NCBI GenBank assembly: GCA_965202585.1
Contig: OZ241832.1
Coordinates: 33,666,001 to 33,730,000 of the forward strand
Length of the DNA: 64,000 nucleotides
From: Thalia democratica
Taxonomy: Eukaryota
Direction: 5' to 3'
The position numbers were made by a program, and so were the translations under genes. The stretch's first letter is position 1. Every line of letters starts with the position of its first letter. The notes under the pieces were generated by a model that saw only the letters and a list, made by a program, of their open reading frames with translations, did not search any database and was not told the DNA's origin. Shown piece after piece: positions 36,711 to 50,735 of this stretch.

Positions 36711-39700
36711 TGTTTTTTTAGAAACTTGTTAAGCTGCAGAAATAATTACTTAAATAATTTACAAATGGAACACGATACATGTTTACCACATTTACTTTTA
36801 CTGTAAAAAACTATTTGAACTTTATACTGATTAAAGTTTAAGAACTACGCGTGACTCGGTAAAACTTAACTATTAAGGTCGAAATAAAACTACATATATT
36901 TATTTAAAACATGCTTTAATTTTGAATTGCTTGCAGCTATGCACATATAAACAGCTGTACTTTTAAAGTATAAAAAAAAACTTTTACTTAAGCTAAAACA
37001 AAATATATTCAAAATTAATTTGATATATTAATAATGTTTTAAATTTCCATGGGTTTGTAAAAAGACAACAATTACTTATTTTTAATCAAAAAAACCTATA
37101 GTAAATTTTAAACTTAAACTAATAACGCTTTATTTAAATTTTTTTAAGTTCCGCAGCAAAGTTTTTATTTAATGAAGGCTAACATAACAATTAAAAAAAA
37201 ATTAAATTTAAGTCCATAACTGCTTTATGAACTGACTTATTTTGTTTTTATACCGTTTATTAAAAAAATATATACATATTTTAAAACTAATGAAGCTTAA
37301 GGTTCATTTAAGTTTTATTTTTAACTAAAAAAAAACAACAGTTTAGCCATGTTAGGTTTGTTTATGTGGTTAAAAACATAACAATTTAAGGCTTGTTTGT
37401 AGTTATTACATCATAATACTTATTAACTGAAGTAAACTTTAAATTTACACACAGAATTACAAAATGCTTCACATTTTGTACGGTATTTTTAAACTCATCT
37501 GTTGAAAAAAACAGGTAGAAAATGGTCAGAACATTTTTGCTAGTATTGACACTTGTTTTAGGAAAATAAGCTACTTATTTTTTATGATTATAAATTCGTA
37601 TCAATTATTCATTCAGTAACCTAACTGAACCTACGTCAGTAAAGTATATATTTTCGGTATTGGTAGCTTTTCAGTCTTTTAACAAAAGCTACCCACCTAA
37701 AGCATATGAATATTAAGTTTCACAAAGTTGTTAATCTAACTTAAAAGTTTTATGCGTATTATAGTCCTACTAAAAGGAATTAGGTGAACTTACCTTTATA
37801 AAATATAATAAATTAATTAAATAGAAAATATTTTACATTATAGCATAGTAATTATTCAAAGCGTTCTCTTGAGACTAGGTTAAGCATACCAAAACTACAC
37901 AATTGCTAAACAATAACTAAATTTCTCTTAAAGATTAGCAATTAGAACATTGTTTTGCAAAATCATTTTAATACAAGCCTATTTGAATGAAATTTTAAAA
38001 TAACTGACACCTATTATCAAACAAAGCTCATATTCCGGTTGATTGCTAATCTATTTTTTCGCCCTCAGATAGCCAAAATTTATTTCAAGGTAGCGATATA
38101 GCCCACTTTTGGAAATCCTGAATTTGTTTTTTGTATAGTTACTCTGTATGTTTTAGTAAATACTGTGTTTTCTGAGTTTTATTGATGTGTTTACTTTTGT
38201 TTTAAGACTACTTAAGTTCAAACAAAGGTAAGTACTGTTTTGCATTACTCAAATAACTTTCAAATTAGTTTTTTTTTTTGTCATTATAGTACATTTATAA
38301 ACTAAAACATTGGTTTAAATGAAATAAAGTCATAGTGACAATCAGTGGCGTCGCGTGTTCTTTTTGTTAGAGGGTGCTGCAGATTGACATTGTAAAATTA
38401 AAATACTCCCCTAGTTTGAAAGATTTATATCAAAACCATAAATTCATATGAAAAAATAGAAACATTTTCAGAAAATAAAGTTCAATATGTTTGTTTAATT
38501 AAATAATAAATAATTTTAAAAATATATGTATATAAAAAACATATCTCATACCTTTGTATATCATCACCGTTTCTTAACAACTATAGCTACTTTTATTTTT
38601 ATTTATATCTATGTGAGTTTCTGTATTTTCACAATTATAAAATTACTAACTTAGTTTTATGACTTGTCTAACTAGTAATAAAAAACAAAAAAAAAACATG
38701 CAAGTAACTTAAAAAACAAGGTTGCTATACATAGGTGACAAGTATAAGTTCAAAAAGAAAATTTTAATTATTGTTATAAATAAATAGTAAATTACAATAA
38801 AACAAACCAGATTTCAAAACACAAAAAGCTAGTAAAAATTACATTGAACTTTACTGATTTATAACTAAATACCGCACATCGATAATATTTGAACATTAAG
38901 TCAATTACTTTATACCTTAACATCATTTAAATTCCTTAAGACCGCTATTTATCATTTTGAAAGTTAAATGTGACAAAAGCGAACATTAAAATTGCTTTGG
39001 TTTCTTAGATATGTATAAAAATGTCTCAAAATAGTTGCATGTCAATTTGTTGCGCTAAATGTTTTATATAATTTTTAAACCCTTTGATATGTAACGTTAC
39101 AAGAATGTTTAAATGATACTACTTAAACCGTTTTGGATGCCTTTTGCAAAAAAAATTGTTACTAAAAATCAATTTGTGCCCATTAGACTAGTAAAAAAAA
39201 GTTTGAACAGAAACTACCCTTTCCATTAAAAAGATATACATGTTAATAGACACTATATCAAAAAAATTAAGTAACTATTAATAAACATAGTTTAGTTAAA
39301 CATAATACCACTAATATTTTAGTTAGATCTTTTTAAGAGTTCATCATTTATTTAAAGGCACAATAAAATACGGCGCATATTAAAAAAAACATAATGCTAA
39401 AAAAAATGGATTGCTACTCTATTTTTCAAGGTTGTTGTTACAAAAATTTAAAAAACGAAAGAGATATTATGATAGTTATTTTAAAGAAACTTTGAGTTTC
39501 TTCGTAAAAGCAGTATATTTTGTTTTTTTCAGATAAAAAAGTTTTAAAAAGATACAAAATATATACTAATGCAGTTTATTTCAAAACTAATTAGAAAATT
39601 CAAACATGCTTTTAACAAAACCATTTTTTTATAAAATTTTGTTAAAGTTTTCGTGACTTAATTTTTTAGTTTTAATAGAAACTAATATGTTCAAAATTAT

Positions 39701-40195
39701 ACTGCTAACTAATTAGAATTGATAAATTAAAAAAAAAAATTAAACTTTCATAATGTTGTATAATGTAAATGAAGTTCAAGCAAAAAAGCTGTAATTAATA
39801 CATGTTTTATTATAAAAATATAAATTTAATTTATACGAAACAATTCCAATAAAAAAAAATTTTAAGCACTGTGTACAACTAAATGATTAACCAAAATAAT
39901 ATTTAAATCTAATTAAGAAATCCGGTGCGAATTAATTTAAAAAGTGTACATGGAATAATTTAATCAACGCTTTAATTATAGTCTGTAAAACTCATTTACT
40001 TATAAGGAAGAAATTGAAATTTATAGACATATTTCAAAATCATTTATTTATTTAGGTGCTTAAACCTCTCAGTACAAAAGAAATTTTCTTTAACTTACTT
40101 TTAACAAAGTGCTCTTTTTTTTGTACAATAAAAAAAAATTAATCGTTTCCATTAAAAATAAAAATTTAAAAAATTATATTGTCAACTTATTTTAT

Positions 40196-42123
40196 TCAAA
40201 TAACAACGTCGGCATTGTCAACATAATTGTTCCTGTCGGACATCAATTTTTCTTCCACTTTCTCTTCTTCTTCTTCTTTTTTACTACTTTCCTTCAGCTC
40301 TGCAGTGTAGGCCAGCATCACCAAGGGTATGGCCAGGCAGGACAGGTAGCCGAACACAAAAGTGACGTCCTGCATCACCTCGCAGACGTTCGGACCCACA
40401 CCGATGCCTCTTATCTTGGCCACCTTGTACAGGATGGAGGGCAGCCAGGTGAGGGCGTGGGCGAGCGAGTTGCCCAGCAACCACCTGCTGCTTGGCGACC
40501 ATTTTTGTTTCCGACAGAAAGCGAACACGAACGTGAGGACTGGTATGACGTAGATAACCACGATCATGGCGACGTACCACGTCATAAAGTTCGCCCCCAC
40601 GCCCTGAAGCTTGCACTCGAACTCATACTCGGTTTCGTCATAATCGTAACTTCCGCTCGACGCGATAACGTCATCGGCTTCTTCGTCATCGGGAAGGTCA
40701 GCGAGGAGCAGTTTCTCCCAGTCCTCCATCTGAACCTCGTCCCAGTTTTTTATGGTGCATACGGGCCTGTCAGCTTCGAACAGCAGGCTGGTCCTTGTCC
40801 AAGTCGGGTGGGCCATGCAAGATGAAAGAAGGAAAGTGAAGCAAACGATGACGATTTTGAGCAGAGCGCCACGTTTTTTTATACTTTCGCTCAACTTCGA
40901 GTGGTTGAGTTGAACGAAGGAGAATATTGCCGCCACCGAGCAAAATGTTGACTGTGACGTCATACTGAAGACTGTTAGCCAGTTTTTCACCTAAAAAGTA
41001 AAGTTTGCTTAATATTCGACTTGTACGGAATCTTACTTTAAATTATTGTTTTTGGTACTAGTTTGGGCAGGAACTTTTTAACAACTCTTTTTAGCTTTGT
41101 AAAAAACAAAATTTATTCTCTTTTTAAATAATTACAGAAATATAAAGGATATTATTTAATAAAAACTATGCTCATCTATAATAAAAATTTAAGTTAAAAA
41201 TAAAAACAATAGAATAAAATTCAATTATGTTGTTCGATAAATACCTGACAAGCAAGGAACCCCAAATACCATTCTCCTGTTATTCTGTAAGAAGCAGAAG
41301 CAAACATGGTTGCCACTAGCAACAGACAACTGGTGTTTATTGACACCGCAAAGAAAAACCTCACTTTGCAAGGTTCGCGTCTGTGTAGCAACTTTAAAGC
41401 GACCAAGTTTATCAAAATGGAAATTGTTCCCAGAAACAAGTACACAATCCCAATAGAAAAGTTTTTCGCCTCGTAGTTTTCGGTGCTTGTATTGTTTTCA
41501 TGGTTGTAATTGAAATCATTGTTAGTTTCTGTAAAAATAAAATATTATTATTACTTAATGTCAGAAAATCCAAAAGTAATTGTTGTACAGTGAGTTTTGT
41601 TTTAAGTAAACTTCTTAACAACAGTTTTTTAGTTAGCTGACATAAATGCAATTGTAAACGAGATGTGCTTCTTAATAGGTTAATCGGTTAAAAGTTTCAG
41701 TAGGCTTCTACGACATGACATTTTAATTAGTCACGATTTGTAGCAGTGAACTTATCAAATGGTAAACTTACACTGATTTTAAACATAAAACTTGTTTTAC
41801 AAACTGTTTAAAGGTTTGCAAGAAAACTAAATATTAGAATTATATGGTTTAAAAAAACACGTAAGTAGATCGTGACAAAAGTCCTTGTAAAAATATATGC
41901 ACTAAAATAAACATATAAGAGCAATAACTTTGATCTAGAAAACTGAAGTTATTACGAAGTTTAGTTCATTAAATAATATTATATTTATTCTTTTACATCT
42001 ACAAACAAACTTACCTGTTACAGCAGTGCTTTTTTCAAAAACTCCCGGCAAATTTTTAAAGTCCATGGCAAATATTTTAGGTGCACAATAACAAAGCAAA
42101 ACGAATAACTTCAATGGCGGCAT
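40196..42123 (-). CDS. Atypical class A 7TM GPCR-like protein with signal peptide, paralog B; complement(join(40196..40990,41245..41528,42015..42123)), 395 aa
   Basis: Exon 1 MPPLKLFVLLCYCAPKIFA...TAVT ends G|gtaagt (phase 1). Exon 2 starts tttttacag|AA and encodes the N-terminus, TM1-2 and WYLGFLACQ, ending |gtattt (phase 0). Exon 3 from tag|GTG to TGA holds TM3-7 (TM6 TWLP). Same intron positions and phases as paralog A. Confidence 0.85.
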
Positions 42124-42179
42124 AATTTTGATCGATCCCTCCAAAAAACTTATTTACAAAACCGATAAATCTGAAAAAA

Positions 42180-42650
42180 TTAGACCATTTGTGAGGCACG
42201 TTCACAAGAGACCGTCGCAAGCAAACAAAGCGACCTTATTAGTGTTTGCCTTGTAGGTTTTATACAAACAGTGCGCGGTGAGACGCATGGCTTTCGTCAA
42301 CAAAGCGAAGTTTCAGTCGGTGGCGCCTTGCGAACTCGAATGAGTCACAAACCAGCGAGCGAGCCAATTATAACTTGTTGAAGCGTTGAGTGGAAACTTG
42401 TTGGAAGGCACAGCTGTTAGCAAAGCGCGCGTGCGATTAGGTGGAACCCCGTTTCTATTCTTATCTGTGGCGTTTCCCGTTGTCAAGAGTAGTAGCAGCT
42501 CACTTGTGTAATGGATGGTGCTTGTCGGCTTATTGATTGAAAGTTTATCGGAGTTTACAAATTTTATCGCCTTTGAGCTGCTTAGTGGTTGCTTTTCTGG
42601 CTGCTTTGCGAATCTTGACTTTAAGACTAAACGATTACGGATTTATTGAC
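42180..42650. promoter_or_regulatory. Enhancer/promoter-like island upstream of GPCR B
   Basis: CpG-rich; TGAGTCA (AP-1), AACAAAG/AAACAAA, CAGCTG, TGATTGA. Confidence 0.4.
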
Positions 42651-45361
42651 TCAAATGACACTTTTACAGGTGTATATTATACTTACTAGTCACCATTATT
42701 TGGTGTTAAAAGAACGTTATCAATAAAAACAAGACAATTTTGACTAATAAATTCCTAAATACATTTTTAGGACTTTTAATGTAATATGCTCTAAAAATTC
42801 TTAGCTGCATTAGATTAAAAGAATTGAAAACAAAATTTTAACAATCAAAAAAAATATCAAATTAACAAAAACATAACAAATACCTAGTTATAAAAATACA
42901 AAGTTGACTATTTTTGCAAGGCTTTCTACAACAAATCGTAAATAAAGTTCAAAAGAAATAAGCCTTTTTTAGAAACGCAAGCGCATACAAAACATATTTA
43001 AAGTTTGATACTCACATGTTCAGTTTAATATGTATAAGTGCTTGTCTGGCGAGAGAGGCCAGAAGAGAGTTACATAAAACTCAAATCAAATTAAGTCGCG
43101 AATTTTGTCGCTTTCACGTGAACATGAGGCAGTTTTCAGGGAATTATGTGCGATCGCTTAAATGTGTTTTCAATACTGAAATGTAGTGTTCGTTTATGCA
43201 AAAATAAAGTGTGTTAAAATAGAAATTGAAAGTCCTAACTTTTGAAAGTCTGCAAGTTTTAACTTTTACAAGCTTGCAAATTTTAGTTCAATAACACCAT
43301 TTACTTAATTTTTCTAAGCATTAAATTTGTTAGTAATATATGACTTGCGTATATTGAGATAAAATCAGTTTCTTTGATCTTTATTACTTTCGGGAGTACT
43401 TATTTCTTATCAAACTTTTGAAAATTTACGCACAATAAACATTAAACTACACATGTATTACAAAAATTTTATACAAAAGTGCACATAACTACAAAAAAAA
43501 AAGACTTTATATTTTGCAATATTTATTATATTTTGCGACTTATTGACGTACTTAGTACTACAGTATTTTATTAAAATTTGTTTTACTGTCTGTCAGTATT
43601 CTTCTATGGCTCTTTTGTACTGGTTTGTTACTTTTTAATTGTTTTGTTTAAGGTTTAATTTCAGACCTAATCAATTCAAGTATTAATAATTTATTTTAAA
43701 GCGTTTTAAAATTCGAAAAACATTAAGTTTATGTTATTGAATGTTTAAAAAATACAGTAAAAGCAACTATACAAACGCAACTAAGCTAAAAACTGTATTT
43801 TTAAACTTTTAAATGCGCTTTAAGGTTTTATTTGCAATCAGTATTAACTATAAAACTAAAATTGATATAAAACCGTAATTAAATGTAAAAAAAATAATTA
43901 ATTTTAAATTAATTCATTAAAAAGTATGTATTTTTATTTTTATTTTTTACATTTTATATAACTTGTTTAAATTTTTTTCAGAACTTACAGGTAAATTTCG
44001 GTTAATTTTTAAACTTTTGTATAAAAATAATATTTTTGCAGTATTAAAAAAGTATCTATTTATTCTTAAGATGAACTTTTTGAAAAGAACATTTAGCATT
44101 TGTATGAGTAATTAAAAAAAAGTTTTTATAATAAGCTTAATTCTAACAAAATTATGAAATGTTAATACACCAATTTAAAATTTTGATACACATTTTTTGT
44201 TAAAAACATAACTTTTACACCTTTTTACCTTTAAAGTGACGTCAATTAAGTAAACTAACTCTTATAATTTTAATTTCAAATTAAATCTATAAAACACTAC
44301 TACTCTGATAATTAACAATAAAACTCTCCACAAAAAGAAACAAAACTGATATAATACACAAAATAAGGTTTTTATTTAATTTAAAAGATTTTTTTTATTT
44401 TTCATAGTAAGTAGTAAGCCTGTATGTAAAACGACTTATTTTCAAGATAAATAAAAGCATATTAAAAGCATAAGAGAAAACAAAGCAAAAAAATAACATC
44501 ATCTGCACTCTTTCAAACATTTAAATGTACATAGTTTTTGTCTCGTTTTAAAAATGTACAGAAGACAATAACTATTTTTGTGCAGATGTAAAACAACGTA
44601 CTTTAATTTGACTAAATAAGTTAACTTGTTGCAAAATTTAGTCTGTTGTATGCTAAAATGTAAATAAAACTAGGTATAATAAAAATTCATTTAGTATAAA
44701 AACAACTGATTTACGTAGGCTAATTTTTAATATAATTATCTTTACTCTTAAAACTTTGCTAATTTTACTTTTGTATTTGTATTTTTTCTTATATAAAAAC
44801 AACGTTTTTTTGATGTTGCTGAAAGACATTTCAACGCAAAAATTTTTAGCTATTTAAGCAAACAGAGTTTATAAAGATTCTTGGAAAACTTTTAAAGTTT
44901 TACAATCATACATATTGTGAATTATTAAGTAAATTAGTTTTAGTTAGTCTGTTTTAAAAGTATTACTGTAAAAGTAAATTATTTTTCTTGCGTATGGCCT
45001 GCTCCTATTCTTATTTTAGTTTAGTCTTATTTTGGTGTTTTTTTTTTCGAAGTACATATTTTAATTCTAGAGACATGGTTGTTTTTGCCTTTCTTTACTT
45101 TTGTTTAGTGCTAACTTCTTTTTTACCCGATTTTATTAAATACTTCCCATAAAAATTTATATTCTTGTTTGTTCCGTGTAATTCACATATATAATATGAT
45201 AGTTCCGCTATACTTTTTAGTTTATTATTAAGTTTGTCTTATGGTTACGGTATCTATTTCTAAATGTTGTAATAGTAGAGCCTACGTAAAACTTTGTTAT
45301 TTTGTATGTTTTTATTGCAAATTGGTGAATTCGGTTTCTTGCTAAAAGTTTAAAAAGTTGA

Positions 45362-45465
45362 TGTCCTACAAGACGTTAAAAGGTATCCGTAGTGTGCGAC
45401 CCGATAACCGAAAAGTTTTTTCGTGCACCAGGTCCTAGGATCAAATATTTTTAGTGTCTTTTTTA
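45362..45465 (+). repeat. Short interspersed repeat, copy 2
   Basis: Collinear diverged match to 35605-35710. Confidence 0.7.
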
Positions 45466-46894
45466 TCGTCCAAACTAATTATTGTAAACTTTTTTTTTGT
45501 TATATTAAAACAATTTAGAAGCTAAGACAAATTTAAATTGTATTTAAGGTAACTGAGTTTTTGTGTATTTAATTATTTTCAATAATGATTTTTTTTTGGA
45601 ATTAGGAACTATTACAAGTGTGAAGTTAAGAAAAATATACCATTGAAATTTTATTTGTTCATAGTTTATTATCATTGTAACACAACCGAATTATTTAAAA
45701 TAAACACTTTCAATTGCTTTTTGAAGAAGTTTAAAAATTTTACATAACTTAAATTAAAAAAGTTGAATTTTATTCTTTCTAAACTTTTAGAGCTGCTCAA
45801 ATTACAAAAAAAATAAATTATAAATGTAGTTTACAGCTGCTTTAAACCAAATTTACCTTATTTTAATATAACGGCGTGAAAAAAAAATGCAATCAGTAAA
45901 AACTATAAACTAATTGACTTATTTAAAGTTTCAAATGATCTATGTATAACTGATATTGCTACTTAAAAATGTGTATTACATATTAGCGACTAATATAAAG
46001 AAACTAAAACAACTGCTGAAATTATCATTTGTATTTTATCATTTAAAGATTTTGCTTATAAATAGGTGATTGTTTAAAACTAACAATACTATCAACACCT
46101 TACTGTTTAAATACTTTTAACAATTTAAAGTAAGAACATTATTTAAATACACCAAGAAAAAAATCGTAGTTTAAAGCTTTCAAACTAAATAACAGCTAAT
46201 ATTATTTAACTTTTTTCAACAGAAACACATTCTATTTTAGTTTTTCTTTAAACCTTCTAGAAATTTTATGTTTAAAAATTTTGCATTTTCAATAATCACA
46301 ACTAGATCATGTTTTTGTTAACTTGACTTTTTTTGTTCAATAAAATATCATGACATTTTTTAAATTTGGAACTGATTTATTTCCGCGGTTTAGTTCTTTA
46401 TCAATGTTTCTAGTAAAACATTATTTTAAACTGTAACTATAAACACAATAAGTATTTTTTTTAGCATACAACGTCTAAATTTAGCAGAATTGATTTAGTT
46501 TAAGATTTATAGTTAAGACCTACTGTAAAAAATCAACATCTAATTTAAGCTCTGTTAATATTTGTTTTAGTATTTGCTCATATCAAAGGGTTTTAGTATC
46601 TAATATTGAAATATATACCTACTTTAACAAGGTAGTTTTTAATAGAACTGCTTCCAAAAAAAAATTAATACATATTAGCTAATTACTAAAATGCAAATTT
46701 ATTGTTAAGTTAATAAAACATTGGTAATTGTAAAATAATATACAAACGATTAGAACTGATAAAATATTAAAAAAATGGAGAAAAAATATATTTTATCTGC
46801 AATACTTAATTAAACCACATAACTTTTAAAAATTCTTACTATGTTTTATATCCGAATATTTTTACCAACAAACATGAAATTGATTTCACTTTTC

Positions 46895-47063
46895 TTGGTG
46901 GGATTCCACGATCACATTTCAGACACTTGGGAGTACTTTCCCTGCCTGGATGATGATCCCCAGGAGCTGTCGTGGATCGGTTGCGACTAGAGGCAAGATC
47001 TTCGTCATGGGCGGGATAGGAAAAGACACGTGAGAAGTTTACGATGAAGTATTCAAAAGTTAG
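46895..47063 (+). pseudogene. Degraded Kelch-repeat coding fragment
   Basis: FHDHISDTWEYFPCL, a +1 frameshift near 46948, then MIPRSCRGSVATRGKIFVMGGIGKDT*EVYDE with an in-frame TGA at 47031. Fits the Kelch pattern W...M..PR......GKIYVxGG....EVYD. Confidence 0.6.
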
Positions 47064-47190
47064 TTAAATCAGAAAATATTTTCTTGTTTGTGGACAAAGT
47101 AGTCGTTTTCCGTTCCAAGTCGACGTTTTGTTTTACGACACAGAGTGAGAAGCGTAAACGGAAGTAGAAGCGGAAAAAATGGCGAAAATT
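47005..47190 (+). promoter_or_regulatory. Housekeeping-type promoter candidate
   Basis: CpG-rich; GGGCGGGA (E2F-like), CACGTG, CGGAAGT and GCGGAA (ETS-like), and AAAATGGCG (YY1-like) at 47176-47184. Lies upstream of a CpG-depleted domain that leads to GATAD1. Confidence 0.5.
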
Positions 47191-50100
47191 CTGTCCAGTT
47201 CAGTCACTGTTGTGCCAAAGTTCCTTTTTCGAAATGTTATAACTGAAAATAAACCATCAAAAAGTTGTACTATGGACTTCTAAATTTATAAATGTTTAGT
47301 TTAAGTCTTTTAGCTAAATTTTAAAAACCTGAAAATTTATCTTGTTAAGTTTTTAACAAAAAAACATTTAGTTAAATTCAATGTGCATTAAACTTTTGTT
47401 AAAACTTTTTTGTATGCAAGTATTATGTTTTATCGAACATTTAGAATTTGTGTTAAGGTTAAATTTTAAGTATAATTAACTCTTTTGGAGAATTTTTGTT
47501 GTTGAGCAGCTCTCGGCAATTTTATAAATTTTCAGCCTCTTAAAATTGCTAACATTTAGGTTTCTTAAATATTTAACTTTAATTGCATAAAACTATGTAA
47601 ACTAAAAAAAGTGAACAAAAGTTGTGCAGTATAAATTAACTTTTGTTGAGTATCTTACTGTGCTGTTTCGTTTATTTTTTCCTTACTGACTTAAGTACGA
47701 CTTTAGTTTTTAGTTCATGTTTTGTAGTTACGGGATGCTAATAAAACGTAAAAAAAGAGTTTGTGTGTTTATATGTGAACTAAACTTCTATCTACCAGTT
47801 TAATTTACTTAATGCACATAGTCTAGTTCTTTATCATAATTAGACAAAAAGTATTAAACATTAAAAAAAAGGTCGATGTAGTCTTACTATTAAACAGCTC
47901 AAAAACAAAAATTTTCTTTAATGCACTACGTCGAAAAACTGTAATTTATTTTTTAATTTATTCTTTGTTTAACAGCAATCTCTTTGCACCAGCTAGTATA
48001 AGAAAGTAAATTGTGCTAAAGTTAAACAAGAAAAGTATTAAAGCCTACTTTATGATTTTATGTTTTAAACTAGTTGGTGAAAAAAAAATATAGCGAAGTT
48101 TTTAGAATTTGTTTAATGTTTTCATAAATCTATAACTATATATGTTAAAACAAAATAATCCAAGAAAGAAGTCGTAAAACAAGCAATTTAAATAAAAATG
48201 TTTATCAAGAATTGATTAATGCTTTTGATTTACTTGTTCTTTGATTTTCTAAAGCTTTGTTTGCATTCTAATTTGAAAAAGAAACAAAAATTAAACTTTA
48301 TTTTATTATTTTACCCTACCACGCAGTATTAAAATATACTGGATATATTTTTAAATTTAATTTGAAAAGCAACTAAAAGACAGAAAATTCTTTAGCAGAT
48401 TTTTTAGATATTACTCTACTTTTTTTCATTATATTAAAAGTTTTAAACCATAAGAATGCATGTTTAAAAATTATTATAAATATTTAGTTAAGTTTAACAA
48501 AAAATATAATATATAATATAATATTCGAAGATTAATCTATAGCTTTTACAACCGCAACAATTAAGCTATACTTAATTTATGGAACTCTGGTTGAGAACAT
48601 ACTACATTAACTATTTTGAGCAGTTAGTTCTAATAATTTTCAAAGCAGTTTATAGTTAATTAATAAGCTGACCAGTAGTTTTGTAAGTTCAAAGCTCAAA
48701 GCTTTATTTTAGCACTGCATGTTAATACCTTTTAGTTAACAGTAAAGTTTTAAACGATGTATAACAATTTTCAATTTAAAGCTTTTGAAAAGTGTCTTAA
48801 CATAAGTTTACTGTTATAAAACAGTCGTAAAAAACTTACTTGCTTTTTATAAAATTTGTTATCTTTAAATTGAGTACAGTCAGTTTATATTAGAGCATCC
48901 CTGGTTGTTTTTTTTTTTCAAAATATTATTAAGCAAAATTAAACTTTTTAATAAAACCCATAATTGTCAACAGTTTCAATTTATACTAAATTAAAAAATA
49001 AGTTTAAGATTTGTTTGTATTATAGATTCTAAAGTAAGAAGTAGTATGTCTGGAAATATACGATGTAATTTAAATATTAAGTTCGAAATAACTTTATAAA
49101 GTTTTTACTTGAATAAGCATATTACATTGGCTCATAGTCTAAAATGTGCTGTATTTGTTGAAGGCTAATAAGTCAATTTTTTTATTAAAGCTTCTTAGAT
49201 CTCCAAGGTTACATCTTAGAAAGTTTATGAAATTGGATTTGGTCATTTATATAATAACTGCATATATCTATAACTACAAATATTTATATTGGTTTTAGTA
49301 ATTTTTAACGTACTCAATACCTAGTATCTTGTTATTTATTTTTGAATTCCTAAAGACTGGTTACTTAATTTAAATTTTTATTATTAAGTTAACTACAAGA
49401 TAACAAAAATAGAATTTACACTACAACTTCTAAAAGAAACTTAAACTGAAATTTAAATGTTTGGCTTTAATATAATGTAAACTCAAATAAACATTTGTGA
49501 ATACCAGCCTATTAAAATGTTATTATAGTATTTATTGAAACTATGTTAATTCTAAATTAAAGTGACCATTGAAGTACCTGAGTTAAATTTTAACAGGGTT
49601 GTCTCATTATCAAAAAGTCTTATTATTTAAAGTTATATTAAAAAACCTTAAGACCATATTGAGGATTTATAAAAAAGATAAACATGCTCAGGCTATGTTA
49701 AGTTTCCTAATTACTCTGTAGGGTTTGTGCAATACAAGCACAGTCATGCTAAATCAGTTTTTTGTAAAGAAACCTCAAAATGTCAGTTTGTGTCTATTTA
49801 ACTAAAAATTTCTGAATGTCAGTTCAAAAGGGATTGAAAGAAATAGAATGTGAAGGCTCACAACTATGGTCAATGGATTGGTGTGGAGAATGATCTTTTG
49901 GTCATCAAGCCTCACACAATGCAATAACATTTTTTGAGCAGTTTTAATTAGAACAACAAAAAGAAACTTAAAATCAATGAAAAATCAATGTTATTAATAA
50001 TTAATTATTTTTTTAAGTTTTATTATTTAAATCAACTCAAAACAAAATTATTATCAAAGAAAAAGTTGGTTGCACTCTTTTTATACCCATTTCTGCCAAT

Positions 50101-50735
50101 ACTGACTATGGAAACCATAGTCTACCATGGGCACCACACTGTTTCCTCCCCTTAGATTTAAATTTTTACAATAAGAACAAGATATATGTTTTTTGTAGGA
50201 AGAAAAAGCTTGATATTGTCACAGATTTTAATGAATTATTTAATTGTTATTTTCTTATAGTCATTTGGCTTCTGATTGCAAAATGTCTGTATCTGTCAGT
50301 ACAAATGCAAATGTCAGTTGAAAAGGGAACAGTATATATATTTTTTCATTGATAAAGTTCAGCTGATAAGTTTTCCTCAAATAATAAGCAATTAAAAATG
50401 TCTAAGTTTTCAACAGGGTTGCTTCTTATAAACTATTAGCCAGGTTAGTTGGAAATTAAACAAAAAAACTTAAGCTGAATCAAACTTACTTTTTTTTTTT
50501 GAAAAACTCAAGCTAGTGTAAATATTTATTTACATATTTAATAAGTAAAATTTAATATTATAAGAATGAAAAAAAAAATCTTCTTAGATTTTTTGATAGC
50601 TAACTGACAAAGGTTTTAAATTTGTTTTGTTATGTTATTCTAAAAATATTTAAGTTTAAGTTGACTTAAGTGTTAACAAAGTTGAAATATCTTGCAAAAA
50701 ACTTCTCATATAATGACATAAAACCATTAAGTTAA

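Noticed and set aside
40109-40825. 238-aa plus-strand ORF opposite GPCR B
   Set aside because: Antisense shadow of exon 3; starts in AT-rich 3' flank with a non-ATG codon and has no recognisable domain.
47179-47283. 34-codon ORF from the YY1-like ATG (MAKILSS...)
   Set aside because: No strong donor and no homology; could be a uORF but is unsupported.
49690-50330. Slightly GC-richer patches with acceptor-like sites, possibly decayed exons
   Set aside because: All frames close quickly and I recognise no protein family.
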